From: Vicugna vicugna
Lineage: Eukaryota
Assembly: GCA_013265495.1 (NCBI GenBank)
Contig: MU057887.1
Coordinates: forward strand, 3,559,668-3,623,667
Direction of reading: 5' to 3'
Length of the DNA: 64,000 bases
Shown: positions 45,626 through 57,963 of the stretch, piece by piece
Layout of the letters: every line of letters begins with the position of its first letter
Numbering within the stretch: position 1 is the first letter of the stretch
Position numbers and translations under genes: made by a program
The notes under the pieces: model-generated
Database searches by the model: none
What the model was told of the DNA's origin: nothing
Seen by the model: the letters and a program-made list of their open reading frames with translations, nothing else

Positions 45626-48249
45626 GCTCCACAAAGCTGGACACCACTGTGTCCTGTGCATCCTGACCACCGCAGGTCGCCTGCCCTACTGCATCCTTCT
45701 GCACAGAGGAAATTTTTTTTTCTTAAAAAACCCAAAGCGTCTGTAGCATTACATGCATCATTTGACTCTGGGTAAGACATGATCAGACATTAAAGAAGGG
45801 GCAGTGGGGACTGACAGGTGAGCAGAGGGACAACAGAAACAGGCCCAGGCTCTGTCCAGACGCAGACTTCACCGCAATCACCCCCTTCAGGAAGGCTGAG
45901 GACGTGGAGTGTGTCACTAGAGACAGGCTCTGCGCGTGATCAGGACTCGCGCCCCAGCACGTTCCAAACCCAGAAGGCACAGTGAACGGTTCCACATGGC
46001 TCTCGTACCAGATTGTTCAGGTGAGAAGACTGCTGACTGGGACACGGGGCAACAGAAAACCTCTGGACTGAAGCGCAGAGAAGACAGGATGGAATAGAGA
46101 GGGGGAGCCGGGAGCCAGGGGGCCTGGGGGCCATGGGGAAGATGCGGCAGAGCCCCCCCCCGGCTTTCTAAACTGACAGCAGCTGGGGAGTCGGGAATCC
46201 CCACCCAGTACCCAGCACCCACATCCCCGGGTACAGCTCCCCTCGAGGGCCCAGGCTTTTCTCTCAGGAACAAAAGGCTTTCCAGACGCCCCAGTAGAGC
46301 CCGTTGGCTGAAATGGGTCACAGAGGACGTCCTGAACATGGTCCAGAGCAGGGCACAGCCTCCTATGTGAGCGTCAGCTCTGCCCCGCAGGGCCACATCA
46401 TCTCCAGGGTCCTCTGTCCACTCGGCCAGTCTACCCAGTTGTCCCTCTGCCACTGCACAGGCCCTGATTTCCAGAGCATCAGAAGTCTAGACACCTGCCC
46501 CCTGTCCTTCCAGGATGTACCTTGGTACTTTGTCCTCTAAAAATTCCAAAACCAGTTGCCAAGTTCCATGAAAACTCCTGACAGTATTTTGATTGAAATT
46601 GAGTTGAATTTATAGCTCATCTGGGGGCAGACAGCTTTACTGTAAGGATGTGTATGCTTGAATAGTGATTTGTTTTGTTTTGTTTACTCTTGGCCTCTTC
46701 GGAAACGGCGTCGGGCCAGATCACTAGGACTGACCCTGCGGCCAGGGCGGCACGGACACTTCAGCGGGAGGAACTCAGGCCGTGGGCTCCCTCAGCACAG
46801 AGCGCCGGGGGAGTGCTGCCCTCGGGAACCCCCTCTCTCTGGTTCTGAAGACACTATCTTGTTCAAGCGATTCTAATGACAATTCCTGTACAGAAGCTGG
46901 CTTCCATAAAATCTAGTATCCGAACTAGTTTTTTAAAGTAGTTTCATCTTAAAACAATCCCAACCTTGCAGGGATTTTGCAGGTACGATGCAAAGAAACT
47001 TCCCCCTGAACCCTGGAGAGTGGGTTGCTGGCCGGTGCTCACAGCCCCTGCGCCTGCACACCCGTGACCCCGCAGGTGCACCTGGGGTCAGGACTGCCCC
47101 TGTGGGAGGAGGCGGAGGGGGTGGCAGCGGGGTCAGGGAGAGCCTGGAATGCAACACAGACCTGAGAGTCCAGCCACAGCATGCCAGCTGTCCCAGCAAC
47201 GGGCCCAGCCTCCAGCTTGTGCCATGTTTAGGTGAGGTGGCCCGAGCTCCCTCTGTCTAGAAGAGTCTCCAGTGTTCCGTGGCTCCACACTCACAGGCAC
47301 AGGCCGGTCATCCAGCGGCCTGTGTCCCTCAACTGCGGCTCGTGTGCCTTCCTCACAAGGTTCAGGTCCTGCAGCGACGGCACAGCACCACGTGGGTGAC
47401 GCTCGTCCTGGTCGCTGTGCCCCCAGGTGGGCACCAGTGCCGACGGCCACCTAGGCCCTGGGGGAAGGTGGCTCCACCAGGACCCCACTGCAAGTGATTT
47501 GCCTTCCCTTTATGATTAAAACGTGTTTTACGTGGAGGTTCTTCGAGACAATGTAAACACCTCATTCCTCGTAAAACTTCACGTCTATTCACATATGTCA
47601 CTGTGGGCTCACTTACAAGGTACCTGTTACTGGCATTATTTTGCTAAAATTTCCCCCGAGTTGGCCAGTGGCCCCTCAGCCTGGCCTCTGTGGCAGGTCC
47701 CCGTCATTCCGTGAGACTCTTTCCTTTCTGGGGGACGACGTCTTCCTGACTCATCTTCTGTCTCCCCTGCCCCGTCCAGAATGAGGCATTTCTCCAAGGG
47801 ACCCTGGGGGTTGGCAACCAAGGGCAGGGCACCGGGTGTTGTTCCCGCTCCTGGATTCTCAGCGCATGTACTTACACTTGTATCTACGCTGTATTTATTT
47901 CTGTGTCCGCGTACGCTAAAGCCATGACTTTGTGGCACCAGCTCTGATGCGACACCCGGGGGCCATTCTGGTTTTCCCCCTTTCCACACTTTGTAGCTCC
48001 TTCTCGGCCTGTCTCTCATGACCCTAGAGACAGTTGTTTGATGAATCCCCTTGTCTTGATGCCCCTCCCCTGGTGTCCTCTGACCCTACTCAGGTCCTTG
48101 ACACCCCGTGCCCAGCCCCCTTGTAGAAACCCCCCTGCTCGGAATGGCCTCCAGACTTGGGTGCTAGGCTGCCCGCCCAAGCACTGATCTCCTCAGGCTG
48201 CTTGGCCTCTGGCATTTCTCACTGGCCATGGTAGCACCGCCACCCCTTT

Positions 48250-50126
48250 ATTTTATTGGTTAATAAAATTAATAAGCTTCTAGTCAGAGTAACAGAAAAA
48301 AAGAGAAATGACACTAATTACTGATAGCAGAAATGAAACAGGAGTCATCACTACATCACATGGACATGAAAGGATAACAAAAGAATATTATGAAAAACTG
48401 TGCTCACATTTGATAATCTCAATAAAATGGACCCATTTTAAAAAAGACACAATCTGCCAAAAGTCACACAAGGAGTAGATGATCTAAATAGGTCTCTATC
48501 AGTTAAAGAAACTGAATCAAGGATGAATAATCTTCCAAGACAGAAAGCACCAGGCCCAGATGGCTTCACTGGTGAATCCTACCAAAAATTTAAGGAGAAA
48601 TATACCAGTTCTCTGCATTCTCTTTCAGGGGACAGAACCAGAGGAAATACTTCCTAACTCATTCTCTGAGGCCAGGATTACCCTAATATCAAAACCAGAC
48701 AAAAAGCATTACAAGAAAAGAAAGCTGCAGACCCATATGTCTGCAAGACTCCTCAACAAAATATTAGCAAATCAAGTCCAACAATATATAAGAAGAATTA
48801 TACACCACAACCAAACAGGCTTTATCCCAGGATGCAAGTCTGGTTCAACATTAGACAACCACTAATATAATCCATCAAATGAACAGGCTAAAAGAGAGAA
48901 ATCACATACCATATTAATAGATGCAGAAAAAGCATTTGACAAAATTTAACAGCCATTGATGATAAAACTCTTAGTGAACTAGGCATAGCAGGGAACTTCC
49001 TCAACTTGATAAAGAATATTTTACAGCTAATATATTCACAGATAACAATATACTTACAGGTAACATGCTTAATGGTGAGAAATTCAAAACTACCCCACAA
49101 GATCAGGGACAATGCAAGGATGTCCCCTCTCACCACTCCTTTTCAACTTCCAACTAGAAGTTCTAGCTAATGCAATAAGACAAGAAAAGGAAATAAAATG
49201 CATACCGTTTGGGAATGAAGCAGTAAAACTGTCTTTGTTTACAAATGTCATGATCATCTATGTAGAAATTCCAAAAGGATCAACAAAAATACTCCTGGAA
49301 CTAATAAGCAATTATAATAAGGATGCAAGATACATGTTAACATACAAAAGTCATTTGCTTTCCTACAGACCAGCAATGAACAAGTGGGATTTGAAATTAA
49401 AAACATAATACCATTTAAACTAGCTCCCCAAAAGTGAAATATTAAGCATAAATCTAACAAAATATATGTACAAGCTTATATAAAGAAAAGAACAAAGTAA
49501 AGTGAAAGAGCCCAATAAATGTGGAGACATCCCATGTTCATGGACAGGAAGACTCAAAATTGTCAAGATGTCAGTTCTTTCCAACTCAATCTGTAGATCA
49601 ATCCCATCTCAATCAAATCTCAGCAAGTTATTTTGTGGATATTGATAAACCAATTCTATAGTTTATATAGAGGGCCAAAAGACTCAAACTAACCAATGCA
49701 ATACTGAAGGAGAAGAACAAGGTTGGAAGCCTGCCATTACCTGACTTCAAGACTAACTATAAAAAAAAAAAAAAAAGACTAACTATAAAGCTATATAGTA
49801 ACCAAGACAGTGAAATTTAGCAAAAGAATAGGCAGATAGGTCAATGGAACAGAAAAGAGAGCCCAGAAACAGGCCCACATAAATATAGCCAACTGATCTT
49901 TGACAAAGAAGCAGAAGCAACAAATGGAATAAACATCATCTTTTCAACAAATGGCGTTTTAAAAATAGGACATCTATGTGCAAAAAAGAATCTAGACACA
50001 GACTTTACATGATTCACAAACATTAACTTAAAATGGATCACTTACCTAAATGTAAAACGCAAATCTGCAAAACTCCTTGAAGATAACACAGGAGAAATCC
50101 TAGATGACCTTCGGAATAGTGATGAC
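48250..50126 (+). mobile_element. Decayed L1 ORF2 (RT region)
   Basis: AAAGCACCAGGCCCAGATGGCTTCACTGGTGAA; peptides LPNSFSEARITLISKPDK and QGCPLSPLLFNFQLEVLANAIRQEKEIK. Confidence 0.92.
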
Positions 50127-50297
50127 TTTTTATTTTATTTTATTTTTATTTTTATTTGTTTTTATTTTTTAATTTTGGGGGGAAGGTAATTAGGTTTGTT
50201 TATTTATTTATTTATTTAATGGAGGTACTGGGAATTGAACCTAGGACCTCGTGCATGCTAAGCATACATTCTATCACTGTGCTATATACACTCCCCT
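50127..50297 (-). mobile_element. tRNA-derived SINE (Vic-1-like)
   Basis: T-rich tail, GGTAATTAGGTTTG, GGAGGTACTGGGAATTGAACCTAGGACCTCGTGCATGCTAAGCA; reverse homolog of 9778-9904. Confidence 0.85.
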
Positions 50298-50976
50298 CCT
50301 TCAGTTTACAAAAATAGATGGCCCTTACATCATCAGTTTTTGAATGAAGACATTCAAATTCACTTCATAGGGAAATGAAGATTAAACCACCAAGGCAGCT
50401 ACCAAGGTCAACAGCCCACCCACGCGGGATGATCACCAGGTGCCAACATCTGAGCAAAGAACTGCCAGTAACAGACAAATAATAAATACTGTGATGACAG
50501 ATACATGGGGAAGGCGGGGCCACAAGCGGCAGGCATGGAGTGCCGCAGACGGGCCACAGCAGGAAGCACCAGCTGGCACCGCATCACGGAGGGCGGAGGG
50601 GCCTCCTCGTTGGCAGCAGGTGTCTGCACTGGTCGCCGCCAGCTCCCATGGAAAAGACAGTAACTCATGGTGTGGAAGGCCACCACCTCCTTCCCAGGAC
50701 AAGGGTCCATGCCAAGCTATGGGCAACTTGCTCTCGAATGGCTCAAAAAAAAAAAAAAACACTCGTCTTTACACACGTGTGTAGTGTGTATAAAGCATGC
50801 CCAGTTCTCTGCATCATCTTCTGGGCCCGGCAGTGTCACACACACTTCGGGACCTTGATAAATGCTTGTTCAGCCAAGTGGAAAAGTGCCCAAATCATCT
50901 CTAAAACCAACCCCAGGGAAGGCCGTCTCTGGGAGCATGACTACCGTAAGGCCGCTAGTGAAAGAACGTGTAAAAC

Positions 50977-50982
50977 TTTATT
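50977..50982 (-). terminator. ALG12: Candidate ALG12 poly(A) signal
   Basis: AATAAA on the - strand ~385 nt after the ALG12 stop. Confidence 0.65.
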
Positions 50983-51366
50983 CTCATTCTTTTTGAACAT
51001 GTTACCTCCTAAAACCTCATCTGAGACGGAAGAGCTGGGACCACAAGGGAGGACCCGCCCTGAGGCGCAGGGTGCAGGTGCCGAGCTGGAGTTTACACCT
51101 TTCAGTCCAGGAGGCGGCGGCGTGCAGCCTAAAAGCAGCTCCGCGAGGCAGGGGGCAGGTCCACGTCCCACGGTCACAAACAGCGGTCAGTCTGGATGCT
51201 AAACAGCACTGTGGCCAGCGTCACCCTGGGCAGTGGTGCCAGCCCCTGGTTCTCCTGAGCGGCGGGCAGCGTGGACGGGGCCCTCTGGGCACACATCTGC
51301 GGTTCTCTGGCCGTTTCCGCGGGCCATCCCACTGTCAGCATGCCTGTGAGCGCCAGGGTCCTCTCC

Positions 51367-51598
51367 TCAGGAAGGCCTGAGGAGCCTCTCCAGGAGCACT
51401 AGCTTTGTTTGCAGGTTGACGTCAAAGGGAGGCAGTTTGGTCAGGTTCAGACTCAGCCCGGTGGTGCCTGGGACTCTGGCCAGGACTCGGTGCGTGTCCT
51501 GGTAGAGGGCCAGGGGACCGGGGGCCACCTCCATGAGGAGGTGGGTGTAGGCCAGCATTTGCTCTGACCCGGGCTGCACACCTTCCCTCTTGTCATAC
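51367..51598 (-). CDS. ALG12: ALG12 alpha-1,6-mannosyltransferase, coding exon 9 (last)
   Basis: TCTTCCCCGCAG acceptor; [23 protein letters not shown]...[11 protein letters not shown]; 232 nt. Confidence 0.95.
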
Positions 51599-51722
51599 CT
51601 GCGGGGAAGACTCAGCCTGCAGGGGGCAGCACCAGCCCCCTGGCCCTGACCCTGCATGCCCCCACCCCGGGTTCCACCTCTGCGGGGAGAGCCGCCACCC
51701 ACAGCCCCATTGCAGGACATAC

Positions 51723-51798
51723 CTCCAGGCGCCGTTGACCTCCAAAAACCGAGACACGCCCGTCTGCGCAGCAGCCACGTCGATGTGCAGAACGACAC
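51723..51798 (-). CDS. ALG12: ALG12 coding exon 8
   Basis: CCCCGCAG / [30 protein letters not shown]; 76 nt. Confidence 0.95.
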
Positions 51799-51874
51799 CT
51801 GCGGGGATGCATCCGCCCCGTCAGAGCCACAAGCCGGTGCCGGGGCCAGCTGGTCCCGAGGGCCGCGCACCTAC

Positions 51875-52044
51875 CTGTGCGGGGTGGCACCAGCTCATGC
51901 AGCCTCTGCAGGGCCACGCCACCCGGGTAGTTGAAGTGGGACACGTACAGCGCCGTGGCCGAGTAGGCTGCGTTTACCACGAGGTGCCCCAGCACGAGGA
52001 GCGACCCCGCTTTGTAGAGCCAGGACTTCTGATAGTTGTTCAGC
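51875..52044 (-). CDS. ALG12: ALG12 coding exon 7
   Basis: CTTTCCCAG / [22 protein letters not shown]...[19 protein letters not shown]; 170 nt. Confidence 0.95.
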
Positions 52045-53663
52045 CTGGGAAAGAGCAGAGACACCAGGGGAAGGGCGCCAGCAGCAGCAGGAACGGTCAC
52101 TCAGGCCGAGCCAGAGTTCTCACCAAGCGGGCACAGGGGACCTTTCTCTCTGAAATCCCGCCCAGAGGCCAATTTCCAACTCACATGAGACCTTCCAGTG
52201 TCCCCATCATTACTTAGTTCAGAGCACAGCCTCCAGGCTGACCCTGCGCAGCCCAGGGCGTGGTGGAGCCAAGAGGATCCGCTGCACAGGCAGAGGTGTG
52301 AGGCCCACAGGGACCAGGACACTCACCGTCTGTCCTGGACAGCAAGGTCGCTGGCCCTGTAAACTCAGGCTGGACCCCTGACCAAACTCAGGCCCGGCCC
52401 CTCAGCACGGGCACTGTCACCCACCCTGCTAAGACACATCCTTAAGCTCCACACCTTTCCCATCCGCGTGAGGCTGCGCCCCTGGGCGGCCAGCCCGTGT
52501 GCTCCTGCCAGCACCTGCGTCCGCACGGGCAGTGACTCTAGAAACTTTGGGATTACAAATCCTCTCTCTGCCCTTTGAGTGCAAACCCGCCACCTGACTA
52601 CTTCAAGGACCTAGGACGACTCTCGGAGGGCCCACAGCCTCTGCCAAAGACACGAGCACGTGCCCTTCTCTCCTCCGGGTGGGAAGACAAGGCAGATCCA
52701 GGCCCAGTCCCGCGACTGGCCCGCTGCTCCAGCCCCCAGCGTTTGGAGGCCTTGTGTTCAGAGGAAGCTGACTCCAGGTCACACAGGACCCTCCCCCAAC
52801 GCAGCTTACTGCTGAACACAGCCCACACTGCTCCCCACACTGGCTGTGCTGATCCCGACGCCCCCACCTTCCTGTGCAAGGTCCCCCCCCCCCGGCCTGA
52901 GGTCCAGTCTCTGCCGGGTCTGTGCCCTCTGAGCGCTGGGTACCCGGCTCGCCCACAAGGAGTCAGAGCAGCAACCAGCAAGCACCTCAGCCAGGGGCCA
53001 GGGGCCAGGGCAGCGCCTCCTGCCTGACAGGTGTTCTCTGGAAGGCAGGGCAGACGAGGGGCCACCGCAGGGCCACCGGCCGAGGTGCTGCGTCAGCCTC
53101 CGGTTCCCATCACGGCAAGTGACCTGTGGCCCTGCTCCACAGTGAGTGGCCGCCCCGCCCACAGCCTGGGCCTGTCGCTCGGTAGCCCCTGCCCCGCCCC
53201 CTCGGGCCCCGAGCCGTGGCTTCCACATGGTGCAGAAAGGACCTCACCAACCTTCCCTCTCCTCCGGCCCATCCACCTGCCCGGACAAACACTCTGTCCC
53301 TAAACCCTCCACCTGACTGATCCGCTGACCACACAGGGCCCAACACACTGAGCTCCCTACCTGGCTGCCCTAGGCCCCAGCCAGCGTGTGAGCATCCTTC
53401 CTGAGTGACCAAGCCCTGTACGGTTAGCACAGCCGTGTTCCGTGTGGAGACTCGCATCCAGACGGACAGAAGACAGGACCAGGCAGAACCCCTGGTCAGC
53501 GCCTGGTGGGTCTTGGCCTGGCCTTGGCCCAGCGCCGTCACCATGGAGACACCAGGCTGCCTTCCTTGGACACAGGCGCCCAACTGAACACGGTGTACCT
53601 TCAATCTGCCCCTTACGAACCAGTGAAGCCATCCCAGGGGACCGGGAGGCGGGCGGCACTCAC

Positions 53664-53887
53664 AGGCGGGCGCAGCCCCTGGCAGCCACGATGTTGAGCA
53701 GGGGGAAGGTGTAGATGATGAACCGCAGCTCCTTATGCGGGAGGAGCGAGTACAGGGCCACAGAGCCCAGCGCCGGCAGGAGCAGCGCCACAGCCCTCCT
53801 GTCCCCTGCGCCCAGCGGCACGAGGAGCAGGCTGCAGCCCAGGCCGCGGGGCAGAGCCGAGTAGAAGTACCACAGCAGCGGGGAGGT
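53664..53887 (-). CDS. ALG12: ALG12 coding exon 6
   Basis: CCCGCAG / [23 protein letters not shown]...[15 protein letters not shown]; 224 nt. Confidence 0.95.
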
Positions 53888-54312
53888 CTGCGGGCGGGAG
53901 GGTTAAGGACACCACACGCCAGCCAGTCACATCCCCAGGATGCGAGGAGCCAAGAGTGGCAAGGGAGGCAGGGCCCCACAGGCGCCCCCTGGGCGGTGAC
54001 CCTGCACCCGCGCCAGCACCCGGGGCCACGGACGGCGGGTGGGGCCCGCGGGGCCCTGTAACCTCTCCCGCATCATCTCACCACGAAGGGCGACAGGCGC
54101 CTTGGGGATTCATCGCCGCCTCCTGTCTGTGGGTGTCTAAACGTTCACAACAGAACGGTCAAAGACAGCGGATTCTCAGGAGGACAAAAGGAGAAGCGGG
54201 GTCTGTGCAAGCCAGGTGGCAGTTCCACGTGGAGCAGGACCTGGCCCAGGAGGGGAGCGGCCCTGGCTCCGAGCTGCCCGCAGGCTGTCTTACAGAGATG
54301 CCGGAAGGATAC
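53888..54312 (-). other. ALG12: U12-type (minor spliceosome) GT-AG intron of ALG12
   Basis: 5' splice site GTATCCTTCC; branch site TCCTTAAC (53909-53902) about 15 nt from the AG. Confidence 0.9.
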
Positions 54313-54416
54313 ACCCCAGTTGGAACTTTTGTTCAGGACGGTGTTGTACCAAAGCACTTTTCCTTCTGGCCACACAAGGTATCCCCAAAAATAGGAGTCC
54401 ACAGCCACCGTCAGTC
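54313..54416 (-). CDS. ALG12: ALG12 coding exon 5
   Basis: TCTCCCCAG / [40 protein letters not shown]; 104 nt. Confidence 0.95.
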
Positions 54417-54743
54417 CTGGGGAGACAAGACTCCCTTAGGGAAGGACACGGCCACCAGGGAACTCAGGCCACGATGAGTCCGGGTCCCAGGAGAACGTCC
54501 CCCTGAAGTACCTCCGTCAGCACAGAGACCACGGGCCACCAGCAGCTCCACCTGAAGGAGCTGAGGCATCGGGCCCTCCATCCCCAAATGAGCAGCTTCA
54601 TGTGGGTCCGTCGTGGCCACCCGGCCTGGCCAAGGTGCCACTGGAGACCCCAGGCAGCCAGGGTCGGGGGTGCCTCATGGGGGACACTTGGGCAGAACAG
54701 TAAGAACGTTAAGACATCTTAATACCACTGAAGGTTAAGGTAA

Positions 54744-54897
54744 TTTTTGGTTTTGTTTTGAGTTTTTTGTTGTTATTTTGCAGGGGAGGTAATTAGAGTT
54801 ATTTTACTTATTTACTTAACGGAAGTACGGGGCACTGAACCCAGGACCTCGTGCATGCTAAGCACGTGCTCTACCGGCTGAGCTAACCCCCCACCCC
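54744..54897 (-). mobile_element. tRNA-derived SINE (Vic-1-like) in an ALG12 intron
   Basis: T-rich tail, GGAGGTAATTAG, GAACCCAGGACCTCGTGCATGCTAAGCACGTGCTCTACCGGCTGAGCTA. Confidence 0.85.
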
Positions 54898-54963
54898 TCT
54901 CTCGTCTTTGCAAAACGACAAAGCCCAGGCTCCGGTCAGCGCAGCCCCCCGACCCTCACTCAC

Positions 54964-55158
54964 CCAAGCAGAGGATCCCGGCCGGCACGGCGCAGCGCAG
55001 GGCCCTGGCCACGGACACCCGCCCCGAGCAGAGCAGGAGGAGCAGCGCGAGGCCCAGGAGCAGGCTGAGCTCGGCCCTGAAGACCAGGATGGCAAGCGCC
55101 GAGAGCCGGATGAAGCGGGCCCACTTCTGCTGCAGCCAGGCGGTGAGGGCCGGCAGGA
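54964..55158 (-). CDS. ALG12: ALG12 coding exon 4
   Basis: CACCCGCAG / [36 protein letters not shown]...GILCL; 195 nt. Confidence 0.95.
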
Positions 55159-55822
55159 CTGCGGGTGGGGGCACAGGTGCAGGAAAGCCACTCAGAACCC
55201 TTCGGAGACAGCAGGACCCACCGACACCAACGCCCTCCCCCAGCTGGCCCACATCCCGCCCCACTGCACAGAGGCCACTCTGCAGCCCTCGTGGGCGCAG
55301 GCCCCTGACGCCGATGTCCACCCTCTCCTGCTGGCCCCCACTTAGCACTTCTGCCCGCACCTCTCCCGCCACGTCCCTCAGAGGTCCCTGCTCCAGGCGT
55401 GGGGAGGGCCAGGCCTCCCTCAGCTCCTAGAGCACCACAGCTCCCCGATCCACCGGGGCACCCCTAGAACCCGAACAGAGCTGCCCCGCCTGCTCTGCAC
55501 GTGGCTTTCCTTCCTCCCAGGCTCACTGTCCACAGACCAGCTCAAGTCACTCGGCTGGGTCACTCAACCCTAGAGGACCCCACGGCCCCAGGGCAGATGT
55601 GCACCCACCTGCGCTGAGCCGGGAAGGCAACCCTCAGTCACTGAGGACAGAGCCCCGCTCCCTCACGGGCCTCCCTGCCCAGCACTTCTGAGCCGCGCAC
55701 ACAGTGCAGAGCAGCTTTCAACAGGCAGACACCTCAACGAACGCCACGCGCCTGCAGCCTGGCAGGTGTGCCCAAGCCCAGCACGGGGAGCAGCCCCTCC
55801 CCCTTGACAGGACAGGACATAC

Positions 55823-55996
55823 CCACAGCCAGGGCCAGCACGTTGGGGAGCGTCCGCGTGCAGTAGAACATCAGGTGGAACTGCGAGGCCGTCACCCAGC
55901 AGAACATGGTGGCCACCGTGGCCCCGAACTGCCGCCTCACTTCTTTTTGTAAGGTCCAGAGCCCGGAAATCACGCCAAGTCCAAGGACGGCCCTGA
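55823..55996 (-). CDS. ALG12: ALG12 coding exon 3
   Basis: CTCTGTTCAG / [19 protein letters not shown]...[20 protein letters not shown]; 174 nt. Confidence 0.95.
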
Positions 55997-56114
55997 CTGA
56001 ACAGAGACGGTGCCGTGTGCCACAGCAGTGCGCGGTGCCGCTGGGCCCGGGGGATGGCAAAGCAGCCCCCAGAGAGCCCACTCGCCTGGGTACAAGGATG
56101 GGCTGGCCTATCAG

Positions 56115-56545
56115 CCACAAAAACGGGATGAGGCCACGCCAGCAACATGGACAGACCTGGCGGTCGTCCCACTAAGTGAGGTGAGCCAGAGACCGACAGG
56201 TACTGTATGATATCACTTATGTGTGGAGTCTAAAAAGTGACACAAATGAACCTACTTACAGAACAGAAGCAGACTCACAGACACAGGAGACAAACTCGGT
56301 GTCGCCAAAGGGGAAGGTGAGGACAGATAAACTGGGGGTTCGGGATTTGCAGATACAAATCACTGTGTATAAAGTAGATAAACAAGGTCCTACCGTATAG
56401 TATGGGGAACTATATTCGATACCTTATAATAACGTACAACAAAAAGACATAAAAATACACACGCGTGTATGTATGTGTAACTGAATCACTGTGCTGCACA
56501 CCTGAAACTGACACGACACTGTAAAGCAACTACACTTCAAAAAGA
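56115..56545 (+). mobile_element. 5'-truncated L1 3' end in an ALG12 intron
   Basis: CAGCAACATGGACAGACCTGG, ATGATATCACTTATGTGTGGAGTCTAAAAAG, TAACTGAATCACTGTGCTGCACACCTGAAACT, CAACTACACTTCAAAAA. Confidence 0.88.
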
Positions 56546-57593
56546 AAGGTGTGCAAAGCAGATCATAGACTAAAGGGCATTACCTTGAAGTGACAGTATC
56601 TTTTCTTACTCAAACTAGTGACAAGAAGGTGAATTTCTTCATTTTGCGGTTGACTTGCTACTAACTTTAGGTGTGGCGGGCCACCTTTCAAGTCCTCTCA
56701 CACTGTTTATTTAACAATAAGCACTCTTAAAGCTGTCAAAACAAGTATAAACGGCTGGGCGTAGGGGAAAAGCAGCTGGACCCCCACAGCCCGACCCTGA
56801 AGCTGCGCTGTGACTGGCCGCTCCGGGTCAGGGGCTCCCAGGCGCTCGGCTGCTGGGCAGGGCAGGACTGGCCTGCAACAGCAGCCCCGCCACCTGGCTG
56901 ACACCTCCAGGGCCACGTTTCCCAACCCCCGAGGCTCAGACGCGGCCTCAGTTCTCCAGTCCAGGGCCGCCCGGCGCCCCGACACAACCAGGATAGCCCG
57001 TCTAGCTGCCCCAGAGTGATGGTGAACTTCCATTTCCTCGTCTGTCCAGGAACTTGGATTTTTCAAAGCTCTACGCACAGGCCAGATAAACCAGCCATAA
57101 GATGTGTTTGGCTCAGCTGGGAAATCCAAATATGGTCTGGGTACAGATGAGATAAAAATTTACTGGAATGGGAAGATGGCAATTGTTGGCTAAAAAGGAG
57201 GCTGCAGAGCAGTATGTATAGAATGTTTGAAATTTGGTTTGAAAAAATTTGTGTGGGCACAGGGAAAGTTCCAGAAGGACCTGCAGAGAGCCCATTGGTG
57301 GCAACCTCTGTGCGGTGAAATGTGAGGCTTCTGTTCACAGGATGGGGCTCCCCAGGCGGCGCTCCCACCTGCTCCTGCACCGGCCCAGGGAGGGGGCCCG
57401 TCACCCCCACCGCAGCTGCAGGGCACAGCCCAGGGAAGGCTGCCATCTGAGCCCAACTCTGAAGCACTCCGTGCAGGAGCCAGCACAGCCAAGATCCCAA
57501 CAGATGGATGCTCCTGTGTGAGGGACCCTCCACCTGGGTGACCAGTCATGGATGACACAAGTTCATTCTGTCTTCATGGGAAGACCCCCTTAC

Positions 57594-57726
57594 CTACTAG
57601 CTGAGAATAAAACTTGGACATTTCCAACAGGGAGAGCACATAAACCGCAGGGCTGGAGAGAGCCGCAATCACCACCGGCCCAAGGAACGTCCTGGGGACC
57701 ACTCCAGGGAACTCGAGGTGGTCATA
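57594..57726 (-). CDS. ALG12: ALG12 coding exon 2
   Basis: TTCTTCCCGCAG / [27 protein letters not shown]...KFYSQLV; 133 nt. Confidence 0.95.
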
Positions 57727-57795
57727 CTGCGGGAAGAAGGGAGGGTCAGCGGGCCCCGGGCATCAGGGGACAACGCGCTCGGATGCAGGCCTCAC

Positions 57796-57963
57796 CTTCC
57801 CCACGTCCAGCTGGTGGTAGAGCAGGTCGTGCACAGCCTGCAGGTTGAAGCTCTCCTCCACCTTTGTGTAGGGGCAGATGACCAGGTGCAAGGCAGCCAC
57901 AGCCACCAGCAGCCCCAGGAGCCAGCGCTGCCCACCCAGGCCCGGCGGCTTTTTCCCAGCCAT
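57796..57963 (-). CDS. ALG12: ALG12 coding exon 1 (start codon)
   Basis: ATG at 57963; MAGKK...[25 protein letters not shown]; donor GTGAGG; 168 nt. The nine exons sum to 1476 nt with consistent phases. Confidence 0.95.
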
